Assembly (NCBI GenBank): GCA_951406725.2
Contig: OX597819.1
Span: forward strand, 5,518,001-5,582,000
DNA: 64,000 nucleotides
Reading direction: 5' to 3'
From: Octopus vulgaris
Taxonomy: Eukaryota
Shown here: piece by piece, positions 38,605-52,792 of the stretch
Layout: every line of letters begins with the position of its first letter
Position numbering within the stretch: the stretch's first letter is position 1
Notes under the pieces: model-generated
Databases searched by the model: none
The model's input: only the letters and a program-made list of their open reading frames with translations
What the model was told of the DNA's origin: nothing
Made by a program: the position numbers and the translations under genes

Positions 38605-40895
38605 TTTATTCTTCTATTAGCCACAAGGGCTCACATATAAAAACATTAAATGACATACAGCAACATAAAAGACAAAAACAGGACGATACAATGGGTTTTC
38701 CGCCTGAAAGCAATATAAATAACAATAAAAAATTAAACAAATTAGAACTTCCAATAGGGAAAGCGCTTTAAGGTTATCCTTGAAAACCCCACAAAATCTA
38801 CGGGTGCCTGATCAACAGGGCAAGAGCCATTCTCCTTTTCTTTTTACAGGTGCAGACTCAGAATTGGTCCTTTCACACTGGCCATTCTTCCAGCATTCAC
38901 CCACCTTTCAACAAACTTGCTACAAGGCAACACTTCCCTCTCTACCCTCAGCTTCCTTGAAAAAGTTGATGAGGGCTTGGTCAAAGAGGAAAGTGTCTGT
39001 CTTTAGCTCTTTCAAACGAGTCCACCATACTACCACTTTCGCTACAGCCACTACACAAATAAAAATTGGCTGCTCCCTCCCGATTAAAAGAGGGTGGCGG
39101 GGCAATCTTCACAATGGTTTCAGCTGATAGCCAGATCTGTCCTACATGCGACAGAAGATGTTCGACATAAACCCACTGGTCAGCAATACTCGGGAACTGA
39201 ACTAGGGCGTGCAGAACGGTTTCATCGTTCTGACAGCACTTCCGTGTCTGTAAAGTTTATCCCGAATAGGCAGCGTCTCATGGTACCACTACCAGGCAAG
39301 GGATTTCTGGAAGTTATCTATAGGTCCAGGCCCAAAACAAACTGGTTAGTTGATCTTCATCAACGCCCAAAGTTTCCCCGAGAACGTTGTCGAACTTTCC
39401 CTCCACTATCCCTCTATAGAACGCTAGAGTGGAACTGCTACCGACCGCATTGCCCGCCTTGGTAGAGGGCTGTGAACACTTGACGGCACTCGAGGTGCCA
39501 AGCGCCCCTCCTCAGTCTACGCCTAATCCAGGATTGCAGCTCACTCAAAGAGAGAGCTGTGGAAAAGTGTCTCTTACAAACGGTGACCACACCTGCTCAC
39601 CGTCAAGGAAACGCTTGAGATGCCACAACCTCAGCACATGTCTGCGCATCAGTATCCATGGTATACCCAGCCCTCCATTCAACGGCTGTTGGCAGCAGAT
39701 GGAACGCCTGACCAGTGGAATGTGCCCCTTCCATAGAAAGCGGCGGAAGAGTAAGTGCACCAGCTTGGTCAACCAGCAGACAGTTAAGCGGTAGTAGATG
39801 ACGGATGCGATGTACGCATTCGCCACCTTCACTCGACCTTTCAGGGTCAGCTTCCTCGTGGCCTATTTCTGGGTGAGATTGGTTACCCTGCTCGTCACCT
39901 CGTCCCAGTTTTTTTCCACCTGGAAGACCGGACCAAACCAGACTCCGAGCAACTTAACGGGACCGTCTGTCCAGCGACCCATAACGCTGTAGGACGGCAT
40001 GGACTTGCTCCTCGAGGTGCCGAGTTGCAAGTCCACTGACTTTTCTGCGTTAATTTTTGCTCCTGTCACCGCTTCATATTCTTGTATTGTTTCGCCAAAC
40101 AAGTCTATATGCCTGTGACTCGACACTATGACAGTGACATCATCAGCCTTAGCAGACACACTTCTCCCACATCCTAGATCACGCGGGACACCCCCCAAAG
40201 CCTCCAACTTCCGCAGTAATGGCTCAAGGGGCAATCCATACAGAAGGTAGTAGAATGGGCAATTTTGACGGACCGAACGCATGATGCTGAATGACTCCGA
40301 CAGGTGACCATTCACTCGAACAACCGAGCAGATGCCGCTGTACAAAGCAGCGATCTAACTGCGGAAAACTGGACCGAAACCGACTGCCTTGAGGGCAGCT
40401 GCTAAGTATTGATGGTCCACCCTATCGAAGGCTTTAGATTGATCTAAATTGATCAGAGCCCCATTCATGCCTGCTTCATTACCACCTTCTCTATGATGTA
40501 GCGCATAAGATGGAGGTTATCGTGAATAGTCCTGGCTGGGATGGCGCATGTTTGCGCCTCGCCAACCAGCTTGTTCACGACAAGCACCAACCTCTTGGCT
40601 AACACCTTGGCCAAAATCTTCAACTCTGCATTGTGCAGAGTGATGGGCCAAATATTCTCTATAACGTCCCCTTTGTTTGGGTCCTTCCTTGCAGTGTCAC
40701 CGACCTTGGACAGACAAAAGTGGGAATTCTCCCATTCTCATTCTACTGCCAGTTGTAGTAGGCGTCTGCTACGAGGCCCGCAAACAAGCCTGGCATCGAA
40801 GTATAAAGTTCGTACGGCAAGACCATCCAAACCTGTATCGATTCCTACAAAATATGCTTCAGGTCATTAAGAAGACCAAAGGTAATCCCATAAAC
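38605..40895 (-). mobile_element. Tx1/L1-clade LINE ORF2 pseudogene
   Basis: INLDQSKAFDRV, RVNGHLSESFSIMRSVRQNCP, ADDVTVIV, GAKINAEKS, VKLLGVWFG, NGGLGIP; frameshifted. Confidence 0.9.
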
Positions 40896-40969
40896 AGGCC
40901 TTCCCCATTTTTAATATATCCTGCTCTGCATCTTAGAGTGTGCTTCTTTCGGATTTATGTTTTTTACAA

Positions 40970-41000
40970 TATACATACATACATACATACATACATACAT

Positions 41001-41060
<60 letters not shown>

Positions 41061-41172
41061 GTATATGATGTATATGTATATATGTATATATGTATATATA
41101 TATAATATATGTGCATGTGTATATGTTTGTACAAATGTATATATATGTGTATGTATGTATGTATATATATAT

Positions 41173-41203
<31 letters not shown>

Positions 41204-41287
41204 GTATAAAATTATAATTATATATAATTATATATATATATATAAAATATATAAATATATATGTATATATAAATGTATGAAATTATA

Positions 41288-41338
<51 letters not shown>

Positions 41339-41420
41339 GTATGTTTATATGTATTTATATTTATATATAAAATGCATTTACGTGTATGTGTGTATGTGTT
41401 TATGTATGTGTCTGTGTAAG
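40970..41420. repeat. (TA)n/(TACA)n low-complexity array
   Basis: Direct. Confidence 0.9.
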
Positions 41421-44066
41421 TGTAAACTACAATGCCAACGCGAAAAAGTATAAGCACTCATACAATATAGGCCATGATATGACCTACACTTGCCCTATAC
41501 CTTACGTGACCCGATTCCCTTTATAGAAACATTTTAGATAAAGTCACAAACTAAACACAATATGTACTATTTATATCCTAAATATATATCTAAAAAAAAA
41601 CAAACAAATCCAGTGTTAAAACTGTTGCACCACGAATTCTTTTAAATATCTTTTTATTTACCGACCAGTACTTTTCACAGATGTTCTGAAAAGTTTACCA
41701 CTGGATTTTTTCAAGAAAACTCTTGTACTATTTTCCATATGAATTTATATATATATATTTAAAAAATTATCTGAAGGAGATCACCTTATCAACAGATGTT
41801 GCTCTATAGAAATTTTATAAGCTTTTATTAATTTTGTATTTGTTCAGACGTTGTTGTATACCCATATATGGGGTCCAGGAATTACCGTCAAGTTATTATG
41901 TACGTGACCGGAACACAGCCTCATAGAATCAATTGCCTGAGGACAGGAAACGAGAAATAAAAAGTAACGATTAACATAGCATCAAATTTGCTTGTACACG
42001 CACAAACACCCGCACCCATCCTATAGACTCACACACACAATATTTATAATATATGTATATATATAGGGTACTACATATGCACCCGCGTCGTCAAAAATAC
42101 AAGTGAAAATACTTCTGAGCTACAGAAGGATCACTATAATAATATAGGCATGAGACAAGAAAAAAATTAGTGAACAAGTATAACATCTTACCTCCGCCAA
42201 GGATGCAGGAGGAATGCTGGTTAATTTGATATCATGGTTTCGAAGTTAGCACCAAAGTCTCCTCCGTCAAATCTGCCCGAATTTCCTCAGTCAAATCTGC
42301 CAGGGACAGCTACTAGAACTATCATGCTTGTAAATTCATTTGTAAATTAATAATATCAAGGGTAATAAGATTTAGATGGTAAATATTTTTACCAAGGGTA
42401 ATAGGATTTAGATGGTAAGTGTTTTTATTTTTCATTCCCTTCGAAGTTTTATCCCTAATAGTGGTTTGGAATTTAACTGTTCTGTCTAAAGTGCAGGGAG
42501 TCCTATAATGGATGCCTCTTATGTGTTTAAATGTACACTGTATTTATATGAATAATATATAGTCTGTTGACTAAATTTTTACACGCTAGGCCACTGGTAG
42601 TAGAAATTCTTAATATTTCTTATTACCCTTGATATTATTAATTATTGATTAATTTTTTTCTGGATAATTTTCGAATTGAAAAGCCGGCATTTTTATTTAC
42701 TGCCTACAAGGTGCTGCGCTTGCGCGATAAATTAAAAAAATTAGAATGTATAAGCTCGAGGCATATACTGGATTGCATAGTGTATATATGTTTAATCTAA
42801 GGTGTACTTGCTGAAGAGGACTTCGCCTAGCAAATTATTTCATTTGCTAAAAAAAGTCTGAAACCATGCTCCAGGATTTAGATGGTAAATGTTTTAACAT
42901 TCATTCCCATTATTACAGTACAATTGACAGGACCGTTAACATACCGGACAAAATACTTAACGGCATTTCTTCCAGATCCTTTCTTTTTGTGTTCAATTCC
43001 GCTGAAGTCGACTTTGTTGTCGATAAAATAAGGTACCAGTCAAATACTAATTTTAGGTCTTGTGCCTATGGTAGAAAAAAATATTACATGACTGTACACT
43101 AAATGACCATATCGTCATACTTCACGAATATACACTACAATACATAATACTATACTGATATATTTTACAAAACTGTTACAACTCGTATAAAATACTGCGA
43201 ATTGGTAAAGCCGTTGAACAAAAACCTAGGGGCATTTGTTCCGGTTTCCTGCGCTCTGAGTTCAAATTCCACCTAGTACTACTTTACCCATCACTCTTTG
43301 AGTTCAATTAAATGAAAAAACAAACAAACTAATATTCCATCCAATGGATTTGTCGAGAGTGTTGGAGCATCAGAAGGGTTACCTTTCAGTATTTGCTTCA
43401 ACTCTTTGCGTTTGAGTTATGGCGTAACAGACTCAATTCATCGCCCGTTTTATATCCACCTTGCATGCATGCCTTTAGTGAAATTCACATCCTTGCGAAC
43501 AATTGGATCAGGTCTTCATTTGTAAATGAAAATGCCCAATGACATAATCTGTATAAAACCATATGCAAAAAAAAAAGGAAAAAGAAAAAAGTTTATGTCA
43601 AGGTCATAACAGTTATTTAATATAAAAAATACCTACTAATTTGTATGATTAAGGATTCATTACCGTTAGAGGTGTAACGATGCAGGTTCACTTTACGTTG
43701 TGATTCACCTCTGATATACCTGCTACACAGCTGCTCGACCTACCAGAAATAGCAGCTAAGTCCCTCTCAGACCACTGTCCTAAAATAGAAAGAAATATAA
43801 GACGTCATATAATCTAGTCGGGGATACTCGTAAAAAGACAAAACGGTTTCTGTTGGAACATCTTTGACTAAAGTTTTCACGATCAATATTGACCTGGGTT
43901 AAAACATTAGCAATTGGATCCAGATCAAATAAAAGTGCCATAACCAAAACAAAATCCTTCATCTTGAACGATTTACATTCTTTGTTTAACTGCATTCTAC
44001 CACTCGTTATGAGTATGCAGCTGCACAGATTACTTATACCTATTTCTTTTAAATAAAAGAAAGCAT

Positions 44067-44217
44067 AGGCGTGGTTGTATGGTAAGAAGCTTGCTTCCCA
44101 ACCACATGGTTTCGGGTTCAGTCCCACTGTGTGGCACGTTTGGCAACTGTTTACCACTATAGCTTCGGGCTGACCAAAGCCTTGTGAGGGGATTTTAGAA
44201 AGCGGATACCGAAAGCT

Positions 44218-44220
<3 letters not shown>
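44067..44220 (+). mobile_element. SINE A head; its tail lies at 45915-46135, split by the PLE insertion
   Basis: Head and tail are in the same orientation on either side of the PLE. Confidence 0.75.
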
Positions 44221-44260
<40 letters not shown>

Positions 44261-44561
44261 ATAAAACGGTAAGATAACAAAAGAAAGAAAGAGACCTCAA
44301 TATTATGTAAATAGAGGAAATTTATCTATACAATATGTTACATTACTTGGTAGTCATAAAACTCTGAGTTTCAGATGCCGAAGTGGAAATCCACAACACC
44401 ATCTCTTCGGTTATCTGGCTATTTGAAAACGTTATGAAAAAATACCGTTAAAAATGAAGGGAAATTACTCTGTTATAACTCTGCTTTGCCTGCGTACTTA
44501 TACATCGCTCGCATTTTTCGTCATAAAAATTATATAAAAATACATAAAAATATATAAAAAT

Positions 44562-45551
44562 ATAACTATAGACACTAACCTGACGGTTGTCAATTTCTTA
44601 GACGTTTCCTTAGATCTTAATAATAATATTTATAAGCCTTATAGGAAGCCCAATGATAGACTAAGTTATATTAATGTAGGTTCATGCCATCCCCCTATAG
44701 TATTCAAAAATTTAGTTAAAAATATTAGTAAGAGGATTTCTAGCCTCTCATCTAATGAGGACATCTTCAATAGCGTTGCCCCAGTTTATAATAAAGCTTT
44801 AAAAGATAGTGGTTTTAGCGAAAAAATAAAATATACACCTATCACCAGCCCAACAATAAGGAAAAGGAATAATAGAAATAGGAAGGTCATCTGGTTTACG
44901 CCCCCTTACTCACCCGAGGTGGCCTTCAATATAGGTAAATATTTCCTAGCACTGATAGATAGACATTTTCCAGTTAACCATGCTTATAGGAAACTCTTCA
45001 ATAGACACAATTTAAAAATTAGTTTTAGTTCAACTACCAATTTTAAAAACATAATCAATCATAACATACAAAAAACACAAGAAGAAAACAGCTGTTCATG
45101 CAGGAATAAAGAATTGTGCCCGCTAAATGGAGCTTGCATGTCCAAGACCATCATATATGAAGCTACCGTAAACTCTATAACCACTAAAGACACCGTTTCG
45201 ACGAAGAAATACGTGGGCCTGACAGAGGGTAATTTCAAGGCCAGGTTCAATAACCACACTTTGAGCTTTAGGCACTGGAACAAAAGAAAAGCGACACAAT
45301 TATCCAATCATATTTGGTCTTTAAGAGATAAAGGTGTCGATTATAACATACAATGGAAGATTTTGGCCAGATGTAAGCCCTATACTAACGGCAGCGGAAG
45401 GTGCGGTTTATGCGACATGGAGAGATGGCTTATCTGGAAAAGCAGCTTAGACCCTACCACATGTCTAAATACAAGGACAGAGCTTTTCGGATCATGCCCA
45501 CATGTGACTAAATTTCTGTTACGTTTTTGGTCCCCTAAAGAAAACGGATAG
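44562..45551 (+). pseudogene. PLE RT C-terminus + GIY-YIG endonuclease, open frame without its start (Nematis-like cysteine layout)
   Basis: VNFLDVSLDL, YKPYRKPND, SCHPP, VIWFTPPYS, CSCRNKELCPLNGAC, IIY...YVGLT...RFNNH, CGLCDMER, LNTRTEL..CPH. Confidence 0.9.
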
Positions 45552-45745
45552 AACATGCTTTCTGTGTTATGTCCCAAGAAGATTTTATATATTTTTATAT
45601 ATTTTTATATATTTTTATGTATTTTTATATAATTTTTATGACGAAAAATGCGAGCGATGTATAAGTACGCAGGCAAAGCAGAGTTATAACAGAGTAATTT
45701 CCCTTCATTTTTAACGGTATTTTTTCATAACGTTTTCAAATAGCC

Positions 45746-45808
45746 AGATAACCGAAGAGATGGTGTTGTGGATTTCCACTTCGGCATCTGAAACTCAGAG
45801 TTTTATCT
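45746..45808 (+). ncRNA. Type I hammerhead variant (CCGAAGA core); copies on minus strand at ~44356-44416 and ~22964-23026
   Basis: Stem I AGATAA/TTATCT, stem II GATG/CATC, extra T, GAAA, stem III ACTC/GAGT, GUU site. Confidence 0.65.
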
Positions 45809-45860
45809 TGACTACCGAGTAATGTAACATATTGTATAGATATATATATATATATATATA

Positions 45861-45912
<52 letters not shown>

Positions 45913-47159
45913 TATGTGTGTGTGTCTTTGTGTTTGTCCCCACCAACGCTTGACAATCGGTGTTGATATGTTTACGTCCCCGTAATCTAACGGTTTCGGC
46001 AAAAGTGACCGACAGATAAGTACTAGACTTAAGTCCCGAGGTCGATTTGTTCGATTAAAATCCCTCAAGGCGGTTCCCCAGCCCAGCTAGGCGTCGCCTA
46101 ACGATTGAAATAAGTAAAAGATAAAAAGAGAAAAGACATACTTAATACACAGTACTATACTGATGTGCATTACAAAACTGTTACAATTCACGTATAACAC
46201 ACGGCAAATCTGTAAAGCCGTAAGCAAGTGTCTAGCGGTATTTGTTTCAGCTTTCTGTGCCCGAGATCAAATTCCGATAAAAAGACGTTACAAAGGCGCA
46301 GTTCTAAAAGGTAAAAAGGAAACAATCTATCTCCTGGCATTGAGAACTGTGAGCTATTGTTATTTGAGGTCAGTCAGAGATGGTATTTAACAATATAAAA
46401 ATAACCTAGTATTTTTCGTTGACAAAATTTCAGCTTCGTGCGATTTATGTCATTTCCAGTGTCATAAAGCCTGCTTCTATTTCTTAAAGTTTAGATAAAA
46501 GGGGCATTCTTACTATGGTACAACAAGTTCATTTACTGTAAATACGATCTCTGAGGTTAAGTGAGATAAAGAGAAGCCTGTTGTGATAACAGGTAATGCG
46601 ATCAAAAAGAATGTTAGGGAAGTAAGAGATTAATCCGAATTCTTACTTAAAATGATAATGAGTAATACTATATTGTTGAAAGAACAAAACATTGACATTG
46701 CTAAATAAATTGTTCACTCAGGTATGCGTTTATACATATATTAGATTCTGTTTTGCTTTTTTGGGGGATATATTTTGGGATCTCTGCTTTGTACAGAAAT
46801 CTAGAGGAACGACGTTCTCTTGGGATGAAGTGGGCAGAGTGGTTAATGCAAAGTCAGTGGAGATGGCGGACACAAAATGGCTTCGATGAGGGGGAGAGAC
46901 AACTGAGTTGAGAGAGCTAGAGTAAAAGAAGGAACGTGACCAGCCAGTTTCGTGGTAGAGAGTGGACATAACACGTTTGTAGACCAAAGGTATGGCGGCG
47001 AGCTATTTTCATGTTAATAATTTGGGTGGCTTTTTTTAATGATAATCATGTTTACGTTTACAGAAACATTCGTCCATAGAAATTGGAAAAATATTTATGA
47101 TGAGTTCATATATTCTGAAGTAATGTTATTAGAAGATGCTCTTTGATGGTGAATATGTG

Positions 47160-47537
47160 GCACTCCGTCGGTTGCGACGACGAGGGTTCCAGTTGATCCG
47201 ATCAACGGAACAGCTTGCTCATGAAATTAACGTGAAAGTGGCTGAGCACTCCACAGACACGTGTACCCTTAATGTAGTTCTCAGGGAGATTCAGCGTGAC
47301 ACAGAGAGTGACAAGGCTGGCCCTTTGAGATACAGGTAGAACAGAAACAGGAAGAAAGAGTGAGAAAAAGTTGTGGTGAAAGAGTACACCAGGGTTCGCC
47401 ACAACCCCCTGTCAGAGCCTCGTGGAGCTTTATATGTTTTCACTCAATAAACACTCACAGCGCCCGGTCTGGGAATCGAAACCGCGATCCTATGACCGCG
47501 AGTCCGCTGCCCTAACCACTGGGTTATTGCGCCTCCA
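47160..47537 (-). mobile_element. SINE family B
   Basis: Reverse complement of family B; TGAATATGT on both flanks. Confidence 0.9.
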
Positions 47538-47894
47538 CATTGAATATGTAGACTATTTAAAAAAGATAGTGGAAGCTACAATTGGTTTGTTGCGTTGATG
47601 ACATGGAAACAATGATAGCTTACTATCTTTTATAATGAAAGATGGTGCGCTTTGCTTAAATTCTCTCTATCACCCATTCTTCATTTCCTACGTTTACATA
47701 TATTATCTACTTACAGAGTAACCTACTCTATAAAAAAAACCGATAGAATAAGTGCCATGCTTAAAAGAAATAAGTATCTTTTATCGTTCACTTGGTTAAG
47801 TCATTAGACTGCGGCCATTCTGGTGCACCACCTTGAAGAATTTTTTAGTCGAATGTACTTATTTAAAAAAAAAATGTAGTGTCTGATTTAACGA

Positions 47895-47944
<50 letters not shown>

Positions 47945-47981
47945 GCGCACACACACACACACACATACACACGCACGCACG

Positions 47982-48012
<31 letters not shown>

Positions 48013-48812
48013 GTGGTTTGTAACTGTTCATTTTATTGTTTCTGAGGATAACACGGACATACACCAAATCAATGTACTTTATTATAAGACATGGATAGAT
48101 AAATAAAAGCAGTCTTTAGAATATTCGTGATTTATTCTTTGTTGTAGAATAACTGAAAGAAAGTATTGCTAATGAAATGAAATGAGATTAGTCGAGTAAT
48201 GTGAATAATTTACTCCGTCTATTAAAGCATTCGCGGTCAACAGTTTTGGCGTGATTTCTGATATACTTAGCAATTCGGTCTTCTACCCTTCCTTATCTCA
48301 CCGCCGTGAATGCGAAAACAATGTAAGTACGTAACTACTCAGACATAACGAAGTCTACAGAATTCATTAAAGATAACGAGGAACGAAGCAAAATTCCACA
48401 GATTCTCTATCTGGAAGCTACGACTTATATCATGTTGATCGTACTAAATCTAGTAAATCATGTCGGCGATGACGAAGACAACGAAGTTCAGTAATTAAGA
48501 TAAAACAACTTTTACAGTCCACAGCTGTCGCAATTGTTATAAAGAAAGCGTTAACTTGCAGAACAATAATATATATATATGTACATTCTTGACGTTTGCG
48601 ATCACAAGTGATTTGGTGGAAGGATATCTCGTGTATTTTCATCACTTATATAAACAACAGTCAAATTCTTTTAGTTTTGGGGGAGATGGTCGCCTTTATG
48701 AATGGCTAGTGATGGGAAAAGTTATCTTTAACTAAACCGTCAGTTTTCACAAAGATAATGATTGTCATTGCAAAGGTATTGTAAAACAAAGCCCACCAAC
48801 ACACACACACGC

Positions 48813-48872
<60 letters not shown>

Positions 48873-48960
48873 ATGTATGTATGTATGCGTATATACATAT
48901 ATGCATATGTATATACATACATATGTATTTATATATATTTATACACACACGCACATATAA

Positions 48961-49019
<59 letters not shown>

Positions 49020-49054
49020 AACATATATATATTTACACACACACACACACACAT

Positions 49055-49220
49055 AGGAGCAGGGGTGGTTGTGTGGTAAGGAGTTTCCCTCCCAACCAAA
49101 TGTTTCCGGGTTCAATATGACTGATTGGCACATCGAGCAAGTGTCTGTTACTATATATCCCTGGACAGACCAAAACCTTGTGAGTAGATTTGATAGACGG
49201 AAAATGAAAGAAGCCTGTTG
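49055..49220 (+). mobile_element. SINE A head
   Basis: Diverged family A head after a TA/CA array. Confidence 0.7.
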
Positions 49221-49257
49221 CTCGCGTGCGTGTATGTAGAAACGTTTGTATACGTAT

Positions 49258-49312
<55 letters not shown>

Positions 49313-49339
49313 AGAAAGAAGGATAGGGAGGAAGGTAGA

Positions 49340-49706
49340 ATTACAGAGCTGTGAGGTATTTTGATATTGGCGAAACTATAGGAGTTGGAATTGGAAGTTC
49401 TCTATCATGCACCATATTCATCTTATCTTGCTCACAATGACTACCACTTCTTCCAGAATTTGGATAACTTTTTTGGTAAGGAAAACAAATTAATTCCGAC
49501 GATGCTGTAAAACACGTCTTCCAAGATTTTATTAACTCTAGATTGCCAGGCATTTACAGTTCCGGGATGGACAAGCTACCATTGAAATGGCAAAAGTATA
49601 TTGACAAAATGGGTGCATACTTTGATGAATAAAACTATTCCTTGTATTTATAAAACATTAGCAAATTTTTTTCTTTTCTACAAATTTCATACTTGACGAC
49701 CAAATA
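49340..49706 (+). mobile_element. mariner transposase C-terminal remnant with right end
   Basis: HAPYSSYLAHNDYHFF (YSPDLAPxD motif), GMDKLPLKWQKYIDKMGAYFDE*. Confidence 0.85.
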
Positions 49707-50164
49707 TTTTATCGAAATCCATATTTTTTTACTCCTGTCAAAGATTTTCTTATTAAATTGTGTTCAAAGTATTATAAGTAAAATCACGACCCCTCTAAAC
49801 TCAGCACTCCCGTATCACTCCCTTGAAATTTGTCAATTCCTTGGGAGCACACAAAATCTTTCCATTTCCTAATTTCATATCAACGATAAACAGCCGATAA
49901 ATGTCCTAATTTCATGTCTACAAGAAACAGCCTTTCTTACTATCTTGTATAAAAATGCATTTGAAGGCCAGGTTGAAAGATAGGACAGATTATAATCTCT
50001 CTAAACACTATAATTAACTTTTAATGGTACCCTACAATCTACTCACATTTTGCAAAAACGTAAATCAAAAACAAAATAAGAAATTGTTTTAATTAAACAG
50101 AAACCAATTTGCGCAAAGGCGTAGTTATATGGAAATCACTAAAACAGGCAAGGACTTATATAAT

Positions 50165-50520
50165 TCTTTCTACTAGAGGCACCATGCTTGAAACTTTTGT
50201 GGATGATGTTAGTCGATTACATCGACCTCAAGTACTCAACTAGTACATTATTATATCGACTTCTAAAGAATAAACGGCAAAGTTGACTTCGGCGGAATTT
50301 GAACACAGCTGAAAGAAATTCCGCTAAGCATTTTGTCTGGCGTGGTAACGAGGACTTATATAATCCTTACTACTAAAGGTACAAGGCCTGACATTTTTGG
50401 GGAGAGGATAGTCGATTACATCGGCCCCGGTGTTTTACCGGTACTTAATTTATCGACCCCGAAAGGATGAAAGGCAAAGTCGACCACGGCGGAATTTGAA
50501 CTCAGAACATGAAGACGGAC
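50165..50520 (-). mobile_element. Two SINE C copies
   Basis: Family C body twice. Confidence 0.8.
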
Positions 50521-51544
50521 AAAATAAACGAGGACTTACATAATGAACTCTATTGCAATGCTACTTAAAGTGGTGGTCTGCGGACCGGTGCCAGTCCGTG
50601 AGCCATCAGCTGCTGGTACACGGTGAATTTCCAGAAAAGAAAGAGACATTATAAAATGCTTATGTAATATTGTATTATTTGAGGCGAAACGCTTGCGGTT
50701 TTGTTACTGGTGATTAATTCAGTGGTGTATTTTTGCTTCAAGGTTAGTGTTGGAATTGTTGTTGAAATTGTTGTTGTTGCATTCTTTTCTTTGTGTTGTT
50801 AGTAATACCATTATGCGTATGGCACAGAGAGTGAACTTTTATTCCCCTTTGTGAGGGGAATTATCCACTTTTTGTGGCGTTTTTCCACAATTTATTTTTT
50901 TGAAAATGAATACTTCCCCTGTAGAGGGAAAAGAAAAAACTGTGAAAAGAACTGTGGAATATTAAGTATGCTGACGGCAGAAAAACTTGTCGAACCGACA
51001 AAAAAGATTAATTTTGCAGCTGTGGCTGGAGTGAAAAAGAAATTATGTATTGACAAAAATGGGATATTTTCTAAAAGATGGACAGAATTTTCTACTTAAC
51101 TAAATAATTTGAAACTTCGTATACTGGTAGAATGTGTCAAAAGAAAACATTAATTTCAATTAGTCTTTTTGAGAAAAATGTATTTTGTAACTTTTACGTA
51201 GTTTAATTCTTCGAATTTTAACCAATCGTATTCTCTGTTTTGAGCTCAATTCATATCTGCCGTGTTATTCGTCCTGATCACTGTCTTCTGTCTTCAAAGG
51301 CTTCTCGCATGTTTATTTCAATGTCATCCTTGACTTACGGAACGATTACCTGTGTGTGTGTGTTTTTGTTGTGTATGTGTGTGCGTGTGTGTGTTATTGT
51401 TGTGTATGTGTGTGCGTGTGTGTGTTTGTTGTGTGTGTGTGTGTGTTATTGTTGTGTATGTGTGTGTGTGTTTGTTGTGTGTGTGTGTTATTGTTGTGTA
51501 TGTGTGTGTGTGTTTTTGTTGTGTATGTGTGCGTGCGTGTGTGG

Positions 51545-52330
51545 ACAGACAAACGGATTAAGTCGATTACATCAACCCCAGAGCGTAACTGGTACTTAAT
51601 TTATCGACCCCGAAAGGATGAAAGGCAAAGTCGACCTCGGCGGAATTTGAACTCAGAACGTAGCGACAGACGAAATACCTATTTCTTTACCACCCACAAG
51701 GGGCTAAACACAGAGAAGACAAACAAGGACAGACAAAGGGATTAAGTCGATTACATCGACCCCAGAGCGTAACTGGTACTTAATTTATCGACCCCGAAAG
51801 GATGAAAGGCAAAGTCAACCTCGGCGGAATTTGAACTCAGAACGTAACGGCAGACGAAATACCGCTAAGCATTTCGCCCGGCGTGCTAGCGTTTCTGCTA
51901 GCTCGCCGCCTTATCTCTTCAACAATATGTTATAAAAGAATGGAATTCGGAAGCTAAAATATACTCAAAACCATTTTTGTAGAGAATGAATAATAGACTG
52001 AATGAGTCTTAGTATATTACTGGTACCTGTTATATATTAAACTCCAAAGCGATGAAAGACAGAATCCACTTGAGCGAGAAAGACGGAGATTAAGCGAGTT
52101 GGCTGAGGTGGCGAGCGACCAGAGTTGTTAGCACACTGAGGTGGGGTGGGGGGCGATCCTTAGCGGTATTTCGCCCGTCTCTACGTTTTGAGTTCAAATG
52201 CCGCCGAGGTCAACGTTGTCTTTTATCCCTTCGGGGTCAATAAAGTAAGCACTAGCAGAGCACTGGGGTCGATGTAATCGACTTACCCCTTCCTCCGAAA
52301 TTGTTGGCCTTGTGTCAAAATTTGAAGCTA
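51545..52330. mobile_element. SINE C copies: tandem minus (51545-51910) and plus (52105-52330)
   Basis: Family C similarity. Confidence 0.85.
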
Positions 52331-52792
52331 ATGTCAAAGTGTCCGACTCTCCACCGTGTTTCATTTGATATAGACTGACTTCTACCGACAACTTTTGGTA
52401 GGAGAGCATAGTTAATTAAATGGGCGCCAATATCAGAATGTGTCTTTAGCAGCATCTATATTCAGAATGAAAAGAGCCGTAGTTAAATAGACAAGGCGTA
52501 ATCTTGGACGAAGTTCTAACAGTGCTGCTGCTGCTGTTATCTGAGTCAAAGACGATGTCTGTATGTTGTAGTTCAAGCCGCTCGACATAACAACCAACTT
52601 TTCGTCAAATCACACACAAGTAAAGAAAGGGCACATTGAGATAAATCCATCTCCACCCGTTTGATTTATATTACTTACTGTTATTGTTCGTAATATTTTT
52701 CTTTATTCTTTCAACATAGGCTGTCGTATGTATTAACACTAATTTGAACTGAACATGTATTTCAAGGAATTCTATTTTCATATGTTATGTCA

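Larger units (their letters stand above)
44257..45843 (+). mobile_element. 5'-truncated Penelope-like element with upstream inverted pLTR (44257-44563) and 3' pLTR (45585-45843)
   Basis: Long inverted repeat flanking an RT thumb/GIY-YIG frame; HHR in the pLTR; (TA)n on both sides. Confidence 0.92.
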
